Positions 47,599-50,396 of a DNA stretch of 50,396 nt are shown piece by piece (positions within the stretch are counted from its first letter, which is position 1; each line of letters starts with the position of its first letter). This DNA comes from Patescibacteria group bacterium (GTDB lineage Bacteria > Patescibacteriota > Patescibacteriia > UBA10025): assembly GCA_042570925.1 (NCBI GenBank), contig JBHPFX010000001.1, positions 1 through 50,396 of the forward strand. Reading direction: 5' to 3'. The translations under genes were made by a program, and so were the position numbers. The notes under the pieces were generated by a model. That model did not search any database. It worked only from the letters and a program-made list of their open reading frames with translations, and was not told where the DNA came from.

Positions 47599-48408
47599 TC
47601 ATGTCAATGTAATCCTGCTCTTATCTAATTTCACCATCCCATCCTTTTCAAGCGTTTTTACCGCTTTAAACACGTCTTGCTTTGTTCGTTTCAGTGAACG
47701 GGTAATCTGTTTGATAGTGATAAATGGCTTTGTAGTAAGCTGTCGGACAATCTCGCCGCGGATTTGCCTTACAGATCCCTCAAATTTTGACTGTTTGGTT
47801 AATGCAGGTAAGCGTTTAATCTTGTTTGGGAGCACAAGTCGGCTATAATCCATTAACGCATTATGCCAATCTCTTGATCGCTTTTCAGGAAGTAGTTGCC
47901 ACGCAAGTTTTTCTACATTCTTCATTGATGTAGAAGCCGGCAGGCCAAGTTCGTATAAAATAACTCGTCTGATGTTAGTATCTATCGTTACCAACGGCTT
48001 GTTATATGCAAAGATAAGAATAGCATTCGCGGTATAGGGACCGATGCCGGGAAGAGTTTGGAGTGTTTTAGGATTGGCAGCAAGTTTGCCATTAAAATTA
48101 TTTACTACCGTCTTAGCGAGTTTACCAAGATTTAGCGCGCGTCGATTATAACCCAAGCCGGACCACATTCTTAGAAGTTGTTTATTAGAGGTTTTTGAAA
48201 GTTTTTGCCAATTTGACCACTTCTTTATCCATGCTTTGTATTTTGGTACGACACGATCAACCTGCGTCTGTTGAAGCATGATTTCAGCCACAGTGATTTT
48301 ATATGGATCTGTAGTTTTTCTAAAAGGAAGATTCCGGCCGTGGAGTCTATAAAATCGAAGAATTTTTCGTCTGAGAGATTGAATTTGCTGATGTGAAATT
48401 CTTTTCAT
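47599..48408 (-). CDS. HhH-GPD base-excision glycosylase (MutY/Nth-like), cysteine-free, with C-terminal winged-helix-like domain
   Basis: 269 aa with ITVAEIMLQQTQV, HhH LPGIGPYTANAI and catalytic-Asp region VTIDTNIRRV. There is no Cys anywhere. The C-terminal ~60 aa (IKQITRSLKRTKQDVFKAVKTLEKDGMV) is wHTH-like. Confidence 0.82.
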   Translation of the reverse strand: MKRISHQQIQSLRRKILRFYRLHGRNLPFRKTTDPYKITVAEIMLQQTQVDRVVPKYKAWIKKWSNWQKLSKTSNKQLLRMWSGLGYNRRALNLGKLAKTVVNNFNGKLAANPKTLQTLPGIGPYTANAILIFAYNKPLVTIDTNIRRVILYELGLPASTSMKNVEKLAWQLLPEKRSRDWHNALMDYSRLVLPNKIKRLPALTKQSKFEGSVRQIRGEIVRQLTTKPFITIKQITRSLKRTKQDVFKAVKTLEKDGMVKLDKSRITLT

Positions 48409-48460
48409 GATGGAATAATACGTCGAGGAAATTTCTTAAGCAGGTTTCGCTTGGAAGCGA

Positions 48461-48575
48461 GTTACTTTTTTCCTTGATGAAAAAAGTAACCAAAAAAATC
48501 AAGTCGCGCCGAACTCGGCTATGATATTATTAAGCTTAGCATATTTTTTACTTGAGCCTCGAACAGTGGCGCGAC
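48461..48575 (+). repeat. Structured intergenic repeat, family A, copy 2
   Basis: A 12-bp hairpin GTTACTTTTTTC/GAAAAAAGTAAC is followed by an A-rich spacer. Then GTCGCGCC-GAACTCGGC...GCCTCGAACAGT-GGCGCGAC follows. Confidence 0.55.
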
Positions 48576-48600
48576 AACCCTTTATAATCATACTTTAGGA

Positions 48601-49089
48601 TTATACTATCAATACGCTAAGTAAGTATAAAAAAATTCCAAGTGGCAAAAAGATAAAATACTCCCGTGGTGCGATGCCCCACCAGTTCTTCTTGTGCCAC
48701 CAGATTTTATCTTTTTTAAAATTCTTTATCCCAAAGTGCGGGTTTAATACAAACCAGAGGAAGTCTTCGAGAATCCAGAAGAGGATGTAGAAAGCGATTA
48801 TGGTGAGTTCAGTTGATAGGTTGAATGGCTCGAAAATGTATGCGGTGTGTGTGAATACTAAAACAAACACAGCAATCCAAACATGATATCCAGTTGCAGG
48901 TTTTCCTCCGAAGACCAATCTACTTAGCCAATGCTTTTCAGATAGTTTCCATGTGGGCATCTTTTCTGCCCATCCGTGCTTGCCTTCGACTTCGACTTCG
49001 ATCTTTGCGAATGCAAACGAGGTTGCAATAAGGAAGGCGAAAAATAAAAGGTGATTCATAGTATTGGTAGTATAGCAAACATTTGACAT
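48601..49089 (-). CDS. Hypothetical integral membrane protein
   Basis: 162 aa with 4 predicted TMs, Trp-rich. An internal Met at 49059 is a possible alternative start. Confidence 0.6.
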   Translation of the reverse strand: MSNVCYTTNTMNHLLFFAFLIATSFAFAKIEVEVEGKHGWAEKMPTWKLSEKHWLSRLVFGGKPATGYHVWIAVFVLVFTHTAYIFEPFNLSTELTIIAFYILFWILEDFLWFVLNPHFGIKNFKKDKIWWHKKNWWGIAPREYFIFLPLGIFLYLLSVLIV

Positions 49090-49243
49090 TGGATGAGAGA
49101 TGAAGTATCCTGATAAAGCGTATGAAGCGTCTCAATAATAATTCAGTGAATTTTTCAAGCTCGCCGTCGGCGTGACGCTTCGCATAGTTTAAAAAAGTAC
49201 GTCCCGTCAACTGGCGGGATGTTTTTTTATTCCCCTGTAGTTT

Positions 49244-49290
49244 CCCTCGACTTCGCTCCTTCGACAGGCTCAGGAGCTTCGCTCGGGACT
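49244..49290. repeat. GC-rich short-repeat element (family B type) upstream of tRNA-Asn copy 2
   Basis: CCCTCGACTTCGCTCCTTCGACAGGCTCAGGAGCTTCGCTCGGGAC, with internal direct repeats of CTTCGCTC and TCGAC. Confidence 0.4.
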
Positions 49291-49309
49291 AGTAATTGGT
49301 ACTTAGTGC

Positions 49310-49381
49310 TCTGGGGTAGTTGAGTGGTACAACGCCGCGCTGTTAACGCGGATATCGCAGGTTCGAATCCTGCCCCCAGAG
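49310..49381 (+). tRNA. tRNA-Asn (anticodon GTT), copy 2, no encoded CCA
   Basis: Acceptor TCTGGGG/CCCCAGA, D-arm GTTG/CAAC, anticodon arm CCGCG-CTGTTAA-CGCGG, T-arm GCAGG-TTCGAAT-CCTGC, discriminator G. Confidence 0.88.
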
Positions 49382-49407
49382 CTTTGAGTATTAATATCTA
49401 AGTAGCA

Positions 49408-49527
49408 CTGCCTGCCCCGATGGGAGCGAAAGCGATCCAGAGGGGTTAATGCGGTAATATAGGCGTCGTCCTGAGCGTAGTCGAAGGATTCGAGGCCTGC
49501 TGGGGGAGCCAACCATCCGCCTCCGGC
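49408..49527. repeat. GC-rich repeat element (family B type) downstream of tRNA-Asn copy 2
   Basis: It contains GTCGTCCTGAGCGTAGTCGAAGGATTCGAGG. Track ORF 49303-49590 (-) reads ...SFDYAQDDA... through it. Confidence 0.4.
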
Positions 49528-49572
49528 TATTGACAGTGGATAAATGGATTCCACGATGATAGACTTACTTAT

Positions 49573-50396
49573 ATGATAGGTCAACCACATAAGTCGCCAT
49601 CCATCTCTCCCAAGGTTCTTTGGCCGGTGCTGGTTGTTATCGTTTTAGGAATACTGGTTGGGGGATTCTTTTGGCTTAATAGCTACATCTACAACGAGAA
49701 GCAGGGAGACGGTGGAAGAGAGAGTGTCAACAACACAAGTACTACAGAAGTCGACCTAAGTTCCTATATGTCTTCTAATGTTGATATGGAAAACTGGTCA
49801 ACGTACCAGAACACATTATATGGCTTTTCCTTTGAATACCCAGCCGACTGGCAATGGAATCCGGATTTAGCCGCACCAACCATTCAAACAAAATCAATTG
49901 TAATACTTGAAAGCCATCCATTTGACAAAATGCTTGAGCTTTCAGTGACCTCTCCGTATGATTGCTTAGGTATACAAGAGTGCGCTGAGTACGACAGTCG
50001 GGTAAGTGCTGCACATAGCGACACCACGACTGATTTAAAACAAATAGAAGTAGCCGATAAGGAAGCAATGTGGGAGGTAATCGAGAACACTGCTCATCCA
50101 GATACAAAGAGAGCGAAAGTATATTTAATAAATGGAGCTTACATGTACAAATTTACCTTTCGATATGAAGCTGAGCAAGATCAACTACCCATTTTTGCGG
50201 CAATACTATCAAGCATGCGTTTTGACGAGGCATTAAAGAACAACCAATTTAATGTTGATACAAGTGGCTGGCTGACTTACAGAAATGATGAGTATGGCTA
50301 TACACTAAATTACCCAGATAGCTGGTCCTATGAAGTGATATTCAACAACGATGATTCACTCAATAGACCTACCCCTCTTCGATTAGTCAGATTCTA
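49573..50396 (+). CDS. Membrane-anchored hypothetical protein, partial (runs off the window end)
   Basis: My own translation from ATG 49573 gives MIGQPHKSPSISPKVLWPVLVVIVLGILVGGFFWL..., open to 50396. It has repeated modules W.TYQN.LYGFSFEYPADW and WLTYRNDEYGYTLNYPDSW. Confidence 0.7.
   Translation, partial: MIGQPHKSPSISPKVLWPVLVVIVLGILVGGFFWLNSYIYNEKQGDGGRESVNNTSTTEVDLSSYMSSNVDMENWSTYQNTLYGFSFEYPADWQWNPDLAAPTIQTKSIVILESHPFDKMLELSVTSPYDCLGIQECAEYDSRVSAAHSDTTTDLKQIEVADKEAMWEVIENTAHPDTKRAKVYLINGAYMYKFTFRYEAEQDQLPIFAAILSSMRFDEALKNNQFNVDTSGWLTYRNDEYGYTLNYPDSWSYEVIFNNDDSLNRPTPLRLVRF

Noticed and set aside
49303-49590. 95-aa minus-strand ORF
   Set aside because: It runs antisense through tRNA-Asn copy 2 and the GC-rich repeat debris (SFDYAQDDA-type peptide), so it is not a gene.
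49775-50107. 110-aa and 68-aa minus-strand ORFs near the window end
   Set aside because: They are antisense to the open plus-strand frame starting at 49573, which has a TM anchor and repeated YxFxYPxxW modules.

Overview
This is an AT-rich bacterial chromosome segment. Hand counts on sample 60-nt lines give about 32-40% GC. Genes are tightly packed, often with 4-nt ATGA overlaps, and are mostly housekeeping. By inference it looks like a reduced-genome Patescibacteria/CPR-type organism. The supporting signs are a bacterial Elp3 homologue, several Nudix genes, an orphan solute-binding protein, Asn/Thr-rich surface proteins with thrombospondin-type-3-like Ca-binding repeats, and GC-rich palindromic intergenic repeats. 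Recognisable genes are elp3, glyA-folD-nudix, ychF, rpsF-ssb-rpsR, efp, trpS, rnj, secG, uvrC, uvrA, groES-groEL (with a perfect CIRCE operator), ppsA, dnaG-rpoD, a TrmH-family methylase, a Kef-type antiporter, a PEBP protein and a MutY/Nth-like glycosylase. There are four tRNAs: Leu-CAG, Ser-GGA and two different Asn-GTT. I saw no CRISPR array, integrase, transposase or rRNA. Five compositionally atypical orphan cassettes (about 48-57% GC by hand count) sit on this backbone, and most have a consensus-like sigma70 promoter and/or an intrinsic terminator. The largest (34.9-37.7 kb) encodes an Upf1-like SF1B helicase with about 330 aa of unassigned N-terminal sequence. It is convergent with a small SD-preceded ORF and abuts tRNA-Ser. 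This is my best candidate for an undescribed accessory or defence-like module. Other points worth a second look: a ~385-nt promoter-to-terminator unit with no ORF after ychF, a structured intergenic repeat present twice with compensatory stem changes, a tRNA 3'-fragment scar, a pre-toxin-TG-like protein between uvrC and uvrA, and small unannotated ORFs. All domain calls come from motif recognition by eye; no searches were run.
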